This document shows, one piece after another, positions 7,913-17,651 of a DNA stretch of 64,000 nucleotides (position 1 is its first letter; every line of letters starts with the position of its first letter). The notes under the pieces were generated by a model that was not told the DNA's origin, did no database searches, and saw only the letters and a list, made by a program, of their open reading frames with translations. Where the stretch lies: assembly GCA_964653575.1 (NCBI GenBank), contig CAZZFP010000002.1, positions 63,303-127,302 of the forward strand, read 5' to 3'. The DNA is from an uncultured Lachnospiraceae bacterium. GTDB lineage: Bacteria > Bacillota > Clostridia > Oscillospirales > CAG-272. The translations under genes and the position numbers were made by a program.

Positions 7913-8341
7913 ATGTATTCACGAATAGGACGCCGAGACATCCCACAAACGGATCGTAGCATAAATATTCCCGAAAATTACAGCGGCTCTGCATTTAACG
8001 GCGGACTTCTTGGAGACCTTTCCGAGAAGCTTCCGGAGGATGTATCCGTAACGGCGAGCACGGATATGTCAGCTAATGTGACCGAACACGCAAGCTTCGA
8101 CGAGGTGGAAAACGGCACCGATCCGAGCGGGGCTGTGTGCGAGCGTGATTCGAACGCAGATGCTTATGACGGCGATCTCGTGTCTTGCTCCTTGCCCGGT
8201 CATATGGCGGTCGGTACAAAAGAGTCGCGCATACTGCCGTTTGATAACGACCAACTGCTGATACTCGGATTGATACTTTTACTTAACAACGGAACGTTTG
8301 ACGAGGATATACTCGTGCTGCTTATACTACTGCTTTTGTGA
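7913..8341 (+). CDS. Hypothetical protein with PENYSGSAF motif and Leu-rich C-terminal tail
   Basis: RBS GAAAGGAAA precedes the ATG at 7913 (MYSRIGRRD). The hydrophobic tail LLILGLILLLNN...LVLLILLLL is followed by a terminator. Confidence 0.55.
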   Translation: MYSRIGRRDIPQTDRSINIPENYSGSAFNGGLLGDLSEKLPEDVSVTASTDMSANVTEHASFDEVENGTDPSGAVCERDSNADAYDGDLVSCSLPGHMAVGTKESRILPFDNDQLLILGLILLLNNGTFDEDILVLLILLLL

Positions 8342-8364
8342 TAAGTAAAAAATCAAAAAATATT

Positions 8365-8394
8365 ATGTCGCTGACACGGAGCGACATTTTTCTT
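8365..8394 (+). terminator. Intrinsic terminator
   Basis: ATGTCGCT-GACACGG-AGCGACAT followed by TTTTTCTTT. Confidence 0.7.
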
Positions 8395-8465
8395 TCAGCC
8401 TCTGTGATAAAATCATATTTGAAGAATACATAATGCCAAAGTCAAAAAGAAAGGAATTGAAAAGT

Positions 8466-8798
8466 ATGATAAAAAAGACGGGTGGCTTTGAAAAGAGCCT
8501 TGAAAATGATAGCCTTGTGATAAAAATACGGGGCGAAATAGACCATCACAGCGCGGTTGACATACGCGGAGATATAGATCGGTTGATATACGAGACCTCT
8601 CCGCGCAGGCTCGTGATGGATCTTTCGGTGGTGGATTTTATGGACAGCTCCGGGCTGGGGCTCATTATGGGAAGGTATTCGGTTATGTCGGGGCTCGGCG
8701 GCGAAACGGTACTGCGCGATCCAGCGCCGTCAATACTTAAGATTATCAAGCTTGCGGGGCTTGAGAGAATGATAAAAATCGAGAAAAGCAAGAAATAA
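8466..8798 (+). CDS. spoIIAA: Anti-sigma F factor antagonist SpoIIAA (STAS domain)
   Basis: STAS pattern (DLSVVDFMDSSGLGLIMG) and position upstream of spoIIAB-sigF. The ORF opens at 8433, but the ATG at 8466 has an RBS. Confidence 0.85.
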   Translation: MIKKTGGFEKSLENDSLVIKIRGEIDHHSAVDIRGDIDRLIYETSPRRLVMDLSVVDFMDSSGLGLIMGRYSVMSGLGGETVLRDPAPSILKIIKLAGLERMIKIEKSKK

Positions 8799-8825
8799 GC
8801 CGAGCAACAGAAAGGAAGGCAAAAT

Positions 8826-9302
8826 ATGAAAAAAAACACTGTAAAAAAAGATATGACCGTGCTTAACAGAGTAAAGCTCGTTATTCCATCGCTGTCCGTA
8901 AATGAAGGCTTTGCCCGTGCGGCAGTGGCGGCATTCTGCGCGCAGATAAATCCTTGCGCCGCCGAGCTTGCGGATATAAAATGTGCGGTTTCCGAGGCGG
9001 TTACAAACTGTATCGTTCACGCATATAAAAATACCCCGGAAGGAATGGGGAATATCACACTGACCGTAAAGCTTTGTGCCGACAGAGTGGTTATCGTCGA
9101 GATAAAGGACAGCGGTTGCGGAATACCCGACGTAAAAATGGCGAGGACTCCGCTATTTACCACAGACGCGGCGGATGAGCGGAGCGGAATGGGATTTACG
9201 GTTATGGAAAGCTTTATGGACAGGCTTAGAGTAAGCTCGAAGGTGGGACGCGGGACTAAGGTCACTATGTACAAGTACCTCAAGGATCAGGAGAGCCTCT
9301 GA
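8826..9302 (+). CDS. spoIIAB: Anti-sigma F factor SpoIIAB (serine protein kinase)
   Basis: HATPase_c motifs (AVSEAVTNCIVHAY, DSGCGI, GMGFTVM). Gene order is spoIIAA-AB-sigF. Confidence 0.9.
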   Translation: MKKNTVKKDMTVLNRVKLVIPSLSVNEGFARAAVAAFCAQINPCAAELADIKCAVSEAVTNCIVHAYKNTPEGMGNITLTVKLCADRVVIVEIKDSGCGIPDVKMARTPLFTTDAADERSGMGFTVMESFMDRLRVSSKVGRGTKVTMYKYLKDQESL

Positions 9303-9337
9303 ATACATAACAAGATCCTTATCAGGGAGGGGAAAAC

Positions 9338-10195
9338 GTGAGCTATTGTGAAAATGAAGTACACGGTCTCGGAGAATATCAAAACGGTGGCGCTTGCAAA
9401 GAGACGGAGGAGAGCGGGGAGGTGAAGGAGACCTCTGCCGCGGATATCGGCAAAATGCGGGATGCAAGTCCGCTTTACGCTAAGAATACCGAGCTCGTAA
9501 GACGCGCCGCCGAGGGGGATGAAAAAGCGCTTGAGGAGCTGGTGCTTTCAAATATGGGGCTTGTACGAAGCATCGCGCGTAAGTTTATCGATCGTGGCAC
9601 GGACTACGAAGATCTTGTTCAAATAGGCATTATGGGAATGCTCAAAGCGGCGGAAAGCTTTGATATTACCAGAGGGACGGTATTTTCGACCTACGCGGTA
9701 CCTCTCATTGTGGGGGAGATACGAAGACATTTGCGCGACGACGGTATGATAAAGGTCAGCAGGCAATATAAGCGGCTCGGAATGGCGCTCAGTCGTGAAC
9801 GGCATCGTATACTGACCGAAGAAGGACGCGAGCCGCGCATAGAAGAGCTTGCGGCGCTTTGCGGTTCGACCCCGGAAGAATGCGCTATGGCACTTGAAGC
9901 TATATCTCCCGTTTCTTCTTTTTCGGACACGGTGGGAGGAGACGAGAGTATGACGCTTGAAAGCACACTCGCCGATGCCGACAGCGAGGCGGAAATCGAG
10001 CGTATAAACGACCGCCTTGCGCTTAATCAGGCTATATCCAAGATGCAACCGACGTGGAGAAAGATCGTGCTTTTGCGCTATTACAGAGGAAAAACTCAGC
10101 AGGAAACCGCGGATCTGCTCGGACTTTCTCAGGTCAAAGTATCAAGAGAAGAAAAGAAGATCATGGAGTTTCTTCGAGGGGAGCTTGTGGTATAA
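9338..10195 (+). CDS. sigF: RNA polymerase sporulation sigma factor SigF
   Basis: Sigma-70 regions 2-4 (DLVQIGIMGMLKAAESFD, QQETADLLGLSQVKVSREEKK). GTG start with RBS GGGAGGGG. Confidence 0.9.
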   Translation: MSYCENEVHGLGEYQNGGACKETEESGEVKETSAADIGKMRDASPLYAKNTELVRRAAEGDEKALEELVLSNMGLVRSIARKFIDRGTDYEDLVQIGIMGMLKAAESFDITRGTVFSTYAVPLIVGEIRRHLRDDGMIKVSRQYKRLGMALSRERHRILTEEGREPRIEELAALCGSTPEECAMALEAISPVSSFSDTVGGDESMTLESTLADADSEAEIERINDRLALNQAISKMQPTWRKIVLLRYYRGKTQQETADLLGLSQVKVSREEKKIMEFLRGELVV

Positions 10196-10254
10196 GAAGC
10201 ATCTGAAAAATGCAGTGAACGAAAAATATATGTCGAACATTACGTAAAAAATCC

Positions 10255-10308
10255 GATCCTTTTAGGGTAGTCGCTCAAAAATGCTTTTGAGGCTACGCTA
10301 AAGGGATC
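10255..10308 (-). terminator. Long imperfect nested hairpin, U-run on the minus strand (terminator of 10386-10775; may also stop sigF)
   Basis: GATCCTTTTA..GTAG..CTCAAAA-ATGC-TTTTGAG..CTAC..TAAAGGGATC. The A-run at 10246-10251 gives a U-run on the minus strand. Confidence 0.55.
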
Positions 10309-10385
10309 GAATCATACGCTACAACAAAGCCGTTTTTTACATTCCGACGCTTGGTAAATCAATAATCAGCATCCGAACGACTCTT

Positions 10386-10775
10386 TCAGTTCTTCTTTGG
10401 AATAAGCGCAATAATGATAATCACTACTGCCGCAATAATGACGATGGCTATTATAATACCGACGATGCTTCCCGCGTCGTCATCATCTGCCGTGTCATTC
10501 GTGACGGATTCACTCTGACTCGGAGCCCTCGTTACAGACTCCGCCGGAGTACCTGTTCCGCTGCCGGAAGGCGTGTTCGACACAGTGCCGTCGTCGGGTG
10601 CGGCAGTAAGCGTGTCGCCTATAAGCCCGTCACTGTCGGAGACATTTCCGCTGACCGTAGCCGATGCGCCTATGGCCGCAAGCCAGATCATAACGAAAGT
10701 CAAAGCGAGGATCAACGCACTTTTTCTCCTCAGTTCGCCTGCCTTTGAAAGTCTTTGTTTACTGTTATTTTTCAT
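10386..10775 (-). CDS. Hypothetical membrane protein (N- and C-terminal TM helices, Ser/Thr/Asp-rich middle)
   Basis: 129-aa ORF with two hydrophobic helices. No family recognised. Confidence 0.5.
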   Translation of the reverse strand: MKNNSKQRLSKAGELRRKSALILALTFVMIWLAAIGASATVSGNVSDSDGLIGDTLTAAPDDGTVSNTPSGSGTGTPAESVTRAPSQSESVTNDTADDDDAGSIVGIIIAIVIIAAVVIIIIALIPKKN

Positions 10776-11026
10776 TTTACAGTCCTCTTTTCGTGATAGT
10801 TTTGATGGTTGAATTATGGATAATTTAACTATGTAAGTATATTTTTGACCGTTCGAGACATAAATATACGCTCAAACACATATCCGCTCTGCATCAAGAC
10901 GGGTTTTTACCGCAAAAATCGAAAAAACACTTGAAATTCAAAGCAAAATAGTGTATCATATATTCGTAAGCTTGCAGAACACGGATCTGCGTGTAACAAA
11001 TTTTCAAATGAAAGAGGTAACGTAAT

Positions 11027-11995
11027 ATGAAGCTTAGCGTTCTTGCAAATCTGTACAGAAATTATTCGCTTGATAAAACGCTCTCTATTTTGTCGGAGCT
11101 CGGTGTTCATACGGTCGAGCTCGGTGCGGGAGGATATCCCGGGAAGGAGCATTGCAACCCTGCGGAATTGCTCGCAGATGACGCAAAATATAATGAGTTT
11201 ATTGCAACTTTGAAAAAATATGACACTACCGTATGTGCACTTGCCTGCCATGGGAACGCACTCCATCCGAACAAAAAAATTGCGGCGGAGTTTGACAAGG
11301 ACTTCAGAGAAGCCGTCCTTCTCGCGGAAAAAATGGGAGTGGATACCGTTATCACATTTTCGGGGTGTCCGGGTGACAGTGATAACTCTCTATATCCCAA
11401 CTGGGTAACTTGCCCGTGGCCCGAGGATTTTCTTACAATACTCGATTGGCAGTGGAATGAAAAGCTTATTCCTTATTGGAAAGAAGCTGCGTCATTTGCC
11501 TTATCTCACAATGTAACGAGGATCGCGTTTGAGATGCACCCGGGATTTTGTGTTTACAATCCCGAGACGCTTCTTCGCCTGCGCGCGGCAGTTGGCGACG
11601 TTATCGGAGCAAACTTTGATCCCTCGCATCTGATCTGGCAGGGAATGGATCCCGTTGCCGCCATTCGCGAGCTTAAGGGGGCTATCTATCACGTTCACGC
11701 AAAGGATACCAAGGTTGATAAATATAACACTGCAAGAAACGGTGTGCTCGATACCAAGCATTACAGCGACGAACTCGGCCGTGCGTGGGTGTTCAGGACG
11801 GTCGGATACGGAAACGGCGAAACTTATTGGCGAGATATTGTAAGCAATTTGAGACTTTGCGGCTATGACAGAGTGCTTTCGATAGAGCACGAGGACAGTG
11901 TTATGACTATCGATGAGGGACTTCGCAAAGCAGTTGAATTTTTGAATGGTATCATAATTACCGAGGAAAAGCCTACCTCGATGAGCTGGGCTTGA
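11027..11995 (+). CDS. Sugar phosphate isomerase/epimerase (xylose isomerase-like TIM barrel)
   Basis: Typical AP_endonuc_2 pattern (HTVELGAGGYPG, FEMHPG, HVHAKD, SIEHED). Confidence 0.85.
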   Translation: MKLSVLANLYRNYSLDKTLSILSELGVHTVELGAGGYPGKEHCNPAELLADDAKYNEFIATLKKYDTTVCALACHGNALHPNKKIAAEFDKDFREAVLLAEKMGVDTVITFSGCPGDSDNSLYPNWVTCPWPEDFLTILDWQWNEKLIPYWKEAASFALSHNVTRIAFEMHPGFCVYNPETLLRLRAAVGDVIGANFDPSHLIWQGMDPVAAIRELKGAIYHVHAKDTKVDKYNTARNGVLDTKHYSDELGRAWVFRTVGYGNGETYWRDIVSNLRLCGYDRVLSIEHEDSVMTIDEGLRKAVEFLNGIIITEEKPTSMSWA

Positions 11996-12017
11996 TCTTC
12001 AAAATACAATATTCTTT

Positions 12018-12047
12018 CGGCGGACGGTATTGCTGTCCGCCGTTTTT
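12018..12047 (+). terminator. Intrinsic terminator
   Basis: CGGCGGAC...GTCCGCCG 8-bp stem followed by TTTTT. Confidence 0.75.
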
Positions 12048-12088
12048 GCGTAGAAAAAATATAAATACGCCGATAAGGCAAAAAAATG

Positions 12089-12117
12089 TTGACTTAAGTC
12101 GAAAACGGATGTATAAT
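12089..12117 (+). promoter_or_regulatory. Sigma-A-type promoter upstream of cls
   Basis: TTGACT-17 nt-TATAAT. Confidence 0.55.
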
Positions 12118-12155
12118 ATAGTGTATAGTATGCAGTATATATTGAAAGAGAGGAG

Positions 12156-13751
12156 ATGCAATTGAAAAAAACGAACAAGGAGAACAAAAAGAACAAAGGT
12201 CTCAAACTTCTTAAGCGCGGAAAGCTTGCCTCACTTCGAGCCATATTCAGCCGTAGTTTGATAATGCTTTCGTTGCTTGCCTTTCAAGTATTCGTTATCG
12301 TTGCTGTTCAAGTCCGGTTTGAACAGCTCTTGCCGCATTACGTGTGGATAAACACTGCGCTGACGGTCGTGATGGTTCTGTACCTTATCAATTGCAACTA
12401 TGACCCTTCGGCAAAGATCACCTGGCTCGTTGTCATAATGGTGCTTCCCGTATTCGGTACGCTTTTTCTCATATATACGAAAAGTGATATCGGGCATAGA
12501 GATCTCAAACATTCAACGGATAAGATGCTTCTTACCACCAAGGACATCCTGACGCAGGATGCAGAGGTGTTTGACGAGCTTGAGCGGAAAGATGCCGGGG
12601 CGGCGTCACTTGCCAGATATTTAAGGAAAAGCGGTGGATTTCCCGTATATCGGTGCAACGGAGTCAAGCATTTTCCGCTCGGAGAGGATAAGTTCGAGGA
12701 GCTCAAAAAACAGCTTGAAGGTGCGGAGCGTTTTATTTTCCTTGAATATTTCATAATAAATGAGGGGGCTATGTGGGGCGAGGTGCTCGAGATACTTGTA
12801 AGAAAGGTAAAGGAAGGCGTTGATGTGAGAGTCATATACGACGGCACCTGCGCTTTTACATATCTTACGAGCGATTATCCGAAGCGTCTTGAAAAGCTCG
12901 GCATAAAATGCAAGGTGTTTTTGCCGATATATCCGATAATCTCAACAAGGTTCAATTACAGAGATCATCGAAAGATCGTAGTTATCGATGGTCATACGGC
13001 GTTTACGGGCGGGATCAATCTTTCGGACGAATACATCAACGAGACCGAACGCTTCGGTCATTGGAAGGACACCGCCGTTATGATCAAAGGCGAAGCGGTA
13101 AAAAGCTTTACGTTGATGTTTCTTCAGATGTGGGAGCTTTACTCAAAGGCTCCGGTATTCGATGACTACGTAAACGTCTGTCTTCCCGAGCTGACGGAAA
13201 GTCAAGGGTTTGTGATACCTTACTCCGACTGTCCGCTCGATGCTTACAAAACCGGCGAGATAGTATACATCGATATTCTTAATAGGGCAAAGAAGAGCGT
13301 AAATATTATGACTCCGTATCTTATTCTTGACGGTGAGCTTGAGACTGCGTTGAAATTTGCCGCGGAGAGGGGAGTCAAAGTGACCGTGCTTTTGCCGGGA
13401 ATACCTGATAAAAAGGTTCCGTACGCGTTGGCAAAGACACATTACAAGTCTCTGATTGAGTCGGGAATAGAAATATACGAATATACTCCGGGCTTTGTTC
13501 ACGCAAAGCAGATGGTGGCAGATGGAAAGGAAGCTGTTGTCGGAACTATCAATCTTGATTACCGCAGTCTTTATCATCATTTTGAGTGTGCCGCATATCT
13601 TTACGATGTTGATTGCATTGAAGGAATGGAGAATGACTTCAAGGCGTGTGTCGAAAACAGCAGGCGCGTGACATTTGAAACGGTCAAAAAGGAAAAGCTT
13701 AGCATTAAAATATTGGGCTTTGTTATGAAGGCGATAGCGCCGTTACTTTGA
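12156..13751 (+). CDS. cls: Cardiolipin synthase
   Basis: Two PLD HKD motifs (HRKIVVIDG, HAKQMVADG) and N-terminal TM helices. An alternative TTG start is at 12162. Confidence 0.9.
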   Translation: MQLKKTNKENKKNKGLKLLKRGKLASLRAIFSRSLIMLSLLAFQVFVIVAVQVRFEQLLPHYVWINTALTVVMVLYLINCNYDPSAKITWLVVIMVLPVFGTLFLIYTKSDIGHRDLKHSTDKMLLTTKDILTQDAEVFDELERKDAGAASLARYLRKSGGFPVYRCNGVKHFPLGEDKFEELKKQLEGAERFIFLEYFIINEGAMWGEVLEILVRKVKEGVDVRVIYDGTCAFTYLTSDYPKRLEKLGIKCKVFLPIYPIISTRFNYRDHRKIVVIDGHTAFTGGINLSDEYINETERFGHWKDTAVMIKGEAVKSFTLMFLQMWELYSKAPVFDDYVNVCLPELTESQGFVIPYSDCPLDAYKTGEIVYIDILNRAKKSVNIMTPYLILDGELETALKFAAERGVKVTVLLPGIPDKKVPYALAKTHYKSLIESGIEIYEYTPGFVHAKQMVADGKEAVVGTINLDYRSLYHHFECAAYLYDVDCIEGMENDFKACVENSRRVTFETVKKEKLSIKILGFVMKAIAPLL

Positions 13752-13785
13752 GCGATCTTGAGATGTAAATTTTGGGTCGATCCTA

Positions 13786-13814
13786 TTGACAGGCTCGGTT
13801 TTGTGTGTTATCAT
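13786..13814 (+). promoter_or_regulatory. Sigma-A-type promoter upstream of the yerC-like gene
   Basis: TTGACA-17 nt-TATCAT. Confidence 0.5.
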
Positions 13815-13869
13815 ACTAAAGTGATAAAGCAAGCCTTGCGCGGCTTGCAAAAAAAGAGAGGGAAAGGTT

Positions 13870-14160
13870 ATGGATCTGCTTGAAAACGAAGGGTACCGCT
13901 TGGTACTCAAAGCGCTTGTTGCGGCAAAGACCGAGGAGGAGTGTCACGCACTGCTTGACGATCTTATGACTCGAAAGGAAATATTGGATATCGCACAGAG
14001 AATGCTTGTGGCGAAGCTTTTATCTGAGCAGACCGTTTATACAAAAATAGTCGAGGAAACGGGAGCAAGTACGGCGACGATAAGCCGTGTAAACCGTTGT
14101 TATCTTTACGGCTCGGGTGGCTACAAAACCGCGCTTGAACATATTAAGGATTACGATTAA
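13870..14160 (+). CDS. TrpR-like YerC/YecD family protein
   Basis: The ~96-aa length and TGASTATISRVNRCYLYGSGGY are characteristic of YerC/YecD. Confidence 0.85.
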   Translation: MDLLENEGYRLVLKALVAAKTEEECHALLDDLMTRKEILDIAQRMLVAKLLSEQTVYTKIVEETGASTATISRVNRCYLYGSGGYKTALEHIKDYD

Positions 14161-14251
14161 AGGTTAAAACTCCGCGATAACAAAAATGACCGAGACACGG
14201 CAAAAAGGCTTTGCCGTATCATATTTTCGGTGTACAGATGTTTCAAATAAT

Positions 14252-14298
14252 AAAACGATCCCAATCCGAGACAGTAAAGTCGGGCGGGGATCGTTTTG
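14252..14298. terminator. Bidirectional terminator hairpin between yerC-like gene and sulfatase
   Basis: AAAACGATCCC...GGGGATCGTTTT with A/T runs on both flanks. Confidence 0.6.
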
Positions 14299-14314
14299 AT
14301 CTTATGAATTTTTG

Positions 14315-15847
14315 TTATTTAAACGAATGGCTCGTAAGCTGACCGTGACCTCTTACGTCCTCCTTCGAGCCGTCGAACTCTGGGGTGACGTATTTATCAA
14401 ACCATTCGGAAAGCTTTTGCTTCAAAAGCTTTATTACCTCGGCGCACTCGGGGTCATCATATCTGTTGATGTATTCGTCCGGATCATCTTTAAGATTATA
14501 GAGCTCATTGGGACCGTCGGGACCGCGGAAAACGAGCTTCCAATCGCGGTCGGTCACCATCCTTGTAATTCCGTATTCATCAAAGACGAAAACATCTCCG
14601 TCTTTGTCAAAGTCACCCTTGCCGCAGAGCATAGGCGCAAAGCTCTCGCCCGGCATATCGTCGGTTTTCTCAAACGGAACGTCTACAAAATCGAGCACCG
14701 TATGGAAAATATCATAGTGACTTACCTTAGCTTTGGCAACGACACCGGACGGAATAGTTCCGGGGCAGGAGAATATACCGGGAACGCGGGTAGAAGTTTC
14801 ATACATATTTACGGGATAGGTTCCGTTTCCCTTGCCGAAGATGCCGTGATGTCCCATATTACTGCCGTTGTCGCTTGTAAAGATTATGAGGGTATCCTCG
14901 GTAAGCCCGTCGGCTTCAAGCTTGTCGAGCAATCTGCCGAGCGCCTCGTCCATAGCCGATACCGCCGCAAAGTATCCGCGCAGACTCTCTTTACGGTATT
15001 CCTGCCAGACTTCTTTTATGGGAGCGTAATTTGCGTAAAGAAATCTGACTCCCGGATGAGGAATCTTTTTCCAATCTTCAAAGCTTACGTCCGCACCCTC
15101 GACCCACGGGTGTGGTGGAAGGTTGGGTATCGAATCAAACGGACAGTTATCATACATATCTATGTACTTTTTTGGGTGACATTCCTTTCCCCAGGGGGAG
15201 TGAGGTGCACTGTAATTTACGCAAAGGCAAAATGGCTTTTCCTTGTCTCTCTGATCGAGAAAATCCATAGCACGGTCGGTGATATAGTCGGTTATGTATT
15301 CACCGCTGAGCAATTCCATCTTACCTTCCTTGAGAACAACAGCGTTTATGTAATCCGCACCGCCGATAGCACAAGTTGACCAAAATGAAAATCCTGCTTG
15401 CGGCTCGTCTGCCGCGCCTATATGCCATTTGCCCGAGAGCCCACATTCGTAGCCGTTATCGGCAAGTACCTCGGTAAAGGTCTTGTGACCGTCAAGATAT
15501 CTTATGCCGACATCATCCTTAAGCTGGCTTTTGGGCCAACGGTATTTAAACGGCGGGTCGTCCATAGCGAAGGCTTCCTTGAGCTCATCCGAAAGGCAGT
15601 CTGAGGTTATCTGTCCCTTTGCAAGCCAATCGTGTACTCCGTGCTGAGAGGGGATCTTGCCCGTAAGCAACGAGGCGCGTGCGGGCGAGCATACGGGAGA
15701 CACGCAGTAAAGATTTTCAAATCTTACGCCGCTTGCCGCAAGTCTGTCGAGGTTGGGAGTTTTAAGCTCCGGGTTTCCCGCACAGCCCATAGCCCAAGCG
15801 CCTTGATCGTCTGTCAGTACGAAGAGTACATTTTTCCTTTTTTTCAT
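14315..15847 (-). CDS. Sulfatase (Cys-type, formylglycine-dependent), no signal peptide
   Basis: N-terminus reads VLTDDQGAW...CSPARASLLTG (C-x-P-x-R sulfatase signature). Confidence 0.9.
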   Translation of the reverse strand: MKKRKNVLFVLTDDQGAWAMGCAGNPELKTPNLDRLAASGVRFENLYCVSPVCSPARASLLTGKIPSQHGVHDWLAKGQITSDCLSDELKEAFAMDDPPFKYRWPKSQLKDDVGIRYLDGHKTFTEVLADNGYECGLSGKWHIGAADEPQAGFSFWSTCAIGGADYINAVVLKEGKMELLSGEYITDYITDRAMDFLDQRDKEKPFCLCVNYSAPHSPWGKECHPKKYIDMYDNCPFDSIPNLPPHPWVEGADVSFEDWKKIPHPGVRFLYANYAPIKEVWQEYRKESLRGYFAAVSAMDEALGRLLDKLEADGLTEDTLIIFTSDNGSNMGHHGIFGKGNGTYPVNMYETSTRVPGIFSCPGTIPSGVVAKAKVSHYDIFHTVLDFVDVPFEKTDDMPGESFAPMLCGKGDFDKDGDVFVFDEYGITRMVTDRDWKLVFRGPDGPNELYNLKDDPDEYINRYDDPECAEVIKLLKQKLSEWFDKYVTPEFDGSKEDVRGHGQLTSHSFK

Positions 15848-15909
15848 CGTATTACCTCTTTATTTCATTTTTTTGAAAAATGCAAACTGAAATTGTGGGT
15901 TCAAAAGCC

Positions 15910-16737
15910 TTATTCGACACCGAGCTCATCGAGTGCATCGGGAACATTGCCGTGCTTGCTGAGAAGAGCCGCCGCTGTTTCTCTGTCGCATCCGCTGAGA
16001 GTCATAATTATTCTTGTTGCGCGCTCAATAAGCTTTTCATTTGATGGCTTAACGTTTACCATAAGGTTGCTTCTTACTTTGCCGGTCTTTATCATAACTC
16101 CCGTGGATATCATATTGAGCACGAGCTTTTGCGCCGTGCCCGCCTTGAGCCTTGTCGATCCGGAAATAACCTCCGGACCTACGAAAGGCGCAATGGTCAC
16201 GCGGCAAAGAGGCTTCATAAGTGAGTCGGGATTGCAGGTAATTCCTACCGTGATCGCCCCTATTTCATTTGCCCTTTCAAGTGCGCCGAGTACAAAGGGA
16301 GCGCGTCCCGCGGCGGAAAGTCCCACGACCACGTCCTTGTCGGTTATTTTATCGTTATCAACGGCGTCACGACCCATTTCGCGGCTGTCCTCTGCGCCTT
16401 CCACGGCACGGAACATAGCATCCTCGCCGCCGGCGATTATTCCCCTTACAAGTCTCGGATCAACGCCGAATGTGGGAGGACATTCGGACGCGTCTACGAC
16501 TCCGAGTCTGCCTGATGTGCCGGCTCCGAAGTATATCAGATTTCCGCCTTTTTTCATCGCTTCTGCAATAAGGTCCACCGCCTCTGCAATCTCGGCAAGC
16601 TGTGTGTCAACCGCGTCATTGACAATGCGGTTTTCTTCGTTCATAACGCGCATCATCTCAAATGTTGACATCTTGTCGATGTTCATGGTGCGCGGATTTC
16701 TTCCTTCTGTTTTTAAATTATCGTAATTGTCTCTCAA
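15910..16737 (-). CDS. murQ: N-acetylmuramic acid 6-phosphate etherase
   Basis: Near full-length similarity to MurQ (GAGTSGRLG..DASECPPTFGV, RLKAGTAQKLVLNM). Confidence 0.9.
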   Translation of the reverse strand: MRDNYDNLKTEGRNPRTMNIDKMSTFEMMRVMNEENRIVNDAVDTQLAEIAEAVDLIAEAMKKGGNLIYFGAGTSGRLGVVDASECPPTFGVDPRLVRGIIAGGEDAMFRAVEGAEDSREMGRDAVDNDKITDKDVVVGLSAAGRAPFVLGALERANEIGAITVGITCNPDSLMKPLCRVTIAPFVGPEVISGSTRLKAGTAQKLVLNMISTGVMIKTGKVRSNLMVNVKPSNEKLIERATRIIMTLSGCDRETAAALLSKHGNVPDALDELGVE

Positions 16738-17606
16738 TTTTGTGATGTTCCTTTCAAGTTTTTATCTGGGTCGGAATGTTCTCCGTTTTTGACGGGGCAT
16801 ATACCCTCGAATATTATTCCGTCCGCTTTTTTGCCGTTTGAATATTTTTTGAAGTCTTCCTCGGTCTTCACGGTCCAAACAAATCTTGCCGGTTTGAAAA
16901 GATTAAGACAGAGGCGGAGCAGGGGTTTATCCTCGTGTTCAATATCGTATGCTATGAAGTCGGGGCGTGATATCGAATTTATCATCATCGAGTCGGCAAA
17001 GGCACGCAACTTCGGCTGCGGCTTCTTCAAATCGGTATATAGCTGTCCCCGCGGTATCTTTGGACGGTTCTTTTTGAACCATCCCATAAGGAAAGAGTTA
17101 AAGGATTCGACACAGAAGAGTCCCTTATATTCGTCGAGCACTGCCGCGACTTTCGGACAGAGCGTCTTGTCTCCCATATCCGCTTTAAGCTCGACAAGGA
17201 GAGGTACCTTTCCATTTACGAGCGCGAGTACGTCTGTAAACAGAGGAATAGGCTCCTCGGTTTCACCAAGGCGTAGAAGCTCTATCTCGCTGTCGTGCGT
17301 TTCTTTAAATTTTTTATCGACACCGCACATACGCTTAAGGTTATCATCGTGGAATATATACAAAGTGCCGTCTGCGGATTCACGCACGTCCAGCTCGATG
17401 CCGACTCCGACATCGACCGCGCGTTCAAATGCTTTCATAGAATTTTCCGGGATTCCGTTGCCGTGCAATCCCCTGTGAGCGTAATTCGTCAGCAGTCCTT
17501 TCATATTCGGACGGTCGAATACTCTCGGTGCAGAGGCTACGAGATATGCGCCCGTTACCGCCGCAGATGCGGCGAATATCGTCTTTGCTTTCATAGAAAT
17601 CTCCAT
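16734..17606 (-). CDS. Glycerophosphodiester phosphodiesterase family protein with N-terminal membrane anchor/signal
   Basis: GDPD motifs (HRGLH, PENS, ELDV). 4-nt overlap with murQ. Confidence 0.85.
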   Translation of the reverse strand: MEISMKAKTIFAASAAVTGAYLVASAPRVFDRPNMKGLLTNYAHRGLHGNGIPENSMKAFERAVDVGVGIELDVRESADGTLYIFHDDNLKRMCGVDKKFKETHDSEIELLRLGETEEPIPLFTDVLALVNGKVPLLVELKADMGDKTLCPKVAAVLDEYKGLFCVESFNSFLMGWFKKNRPKIPRGQLYTDLKKPQPKLRAFADSMMINSISRPDFIAYDIEHEDKPLLRLCLNLFKPARFVWTVKTEEDFKKYSNGKKADGIIFEGICPVKNGEHSDPDKNLKGTSQN

Positions 17607-17651
17607 TCTGCAGATTTAATTTATGCGTAACAGATCGTTTTGATCAAATTT

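Noticed and set aside
14312-15379. 355-aa ORF on the plus strand
   Set aside because: It lies entirely antisense to the sulfatase gene, which has an unambiguous family signature. It has no RBS and an odd composition. This is an antisense-frame artefact.
15632-16726. 364-aa ORF on the plus strand
   Set aside because: It is antisense to murQ and the sulfatase N-terminus. The Ser/Pro/Ala-rich low-complexity translation is typical of the reverse frame of a real gene.
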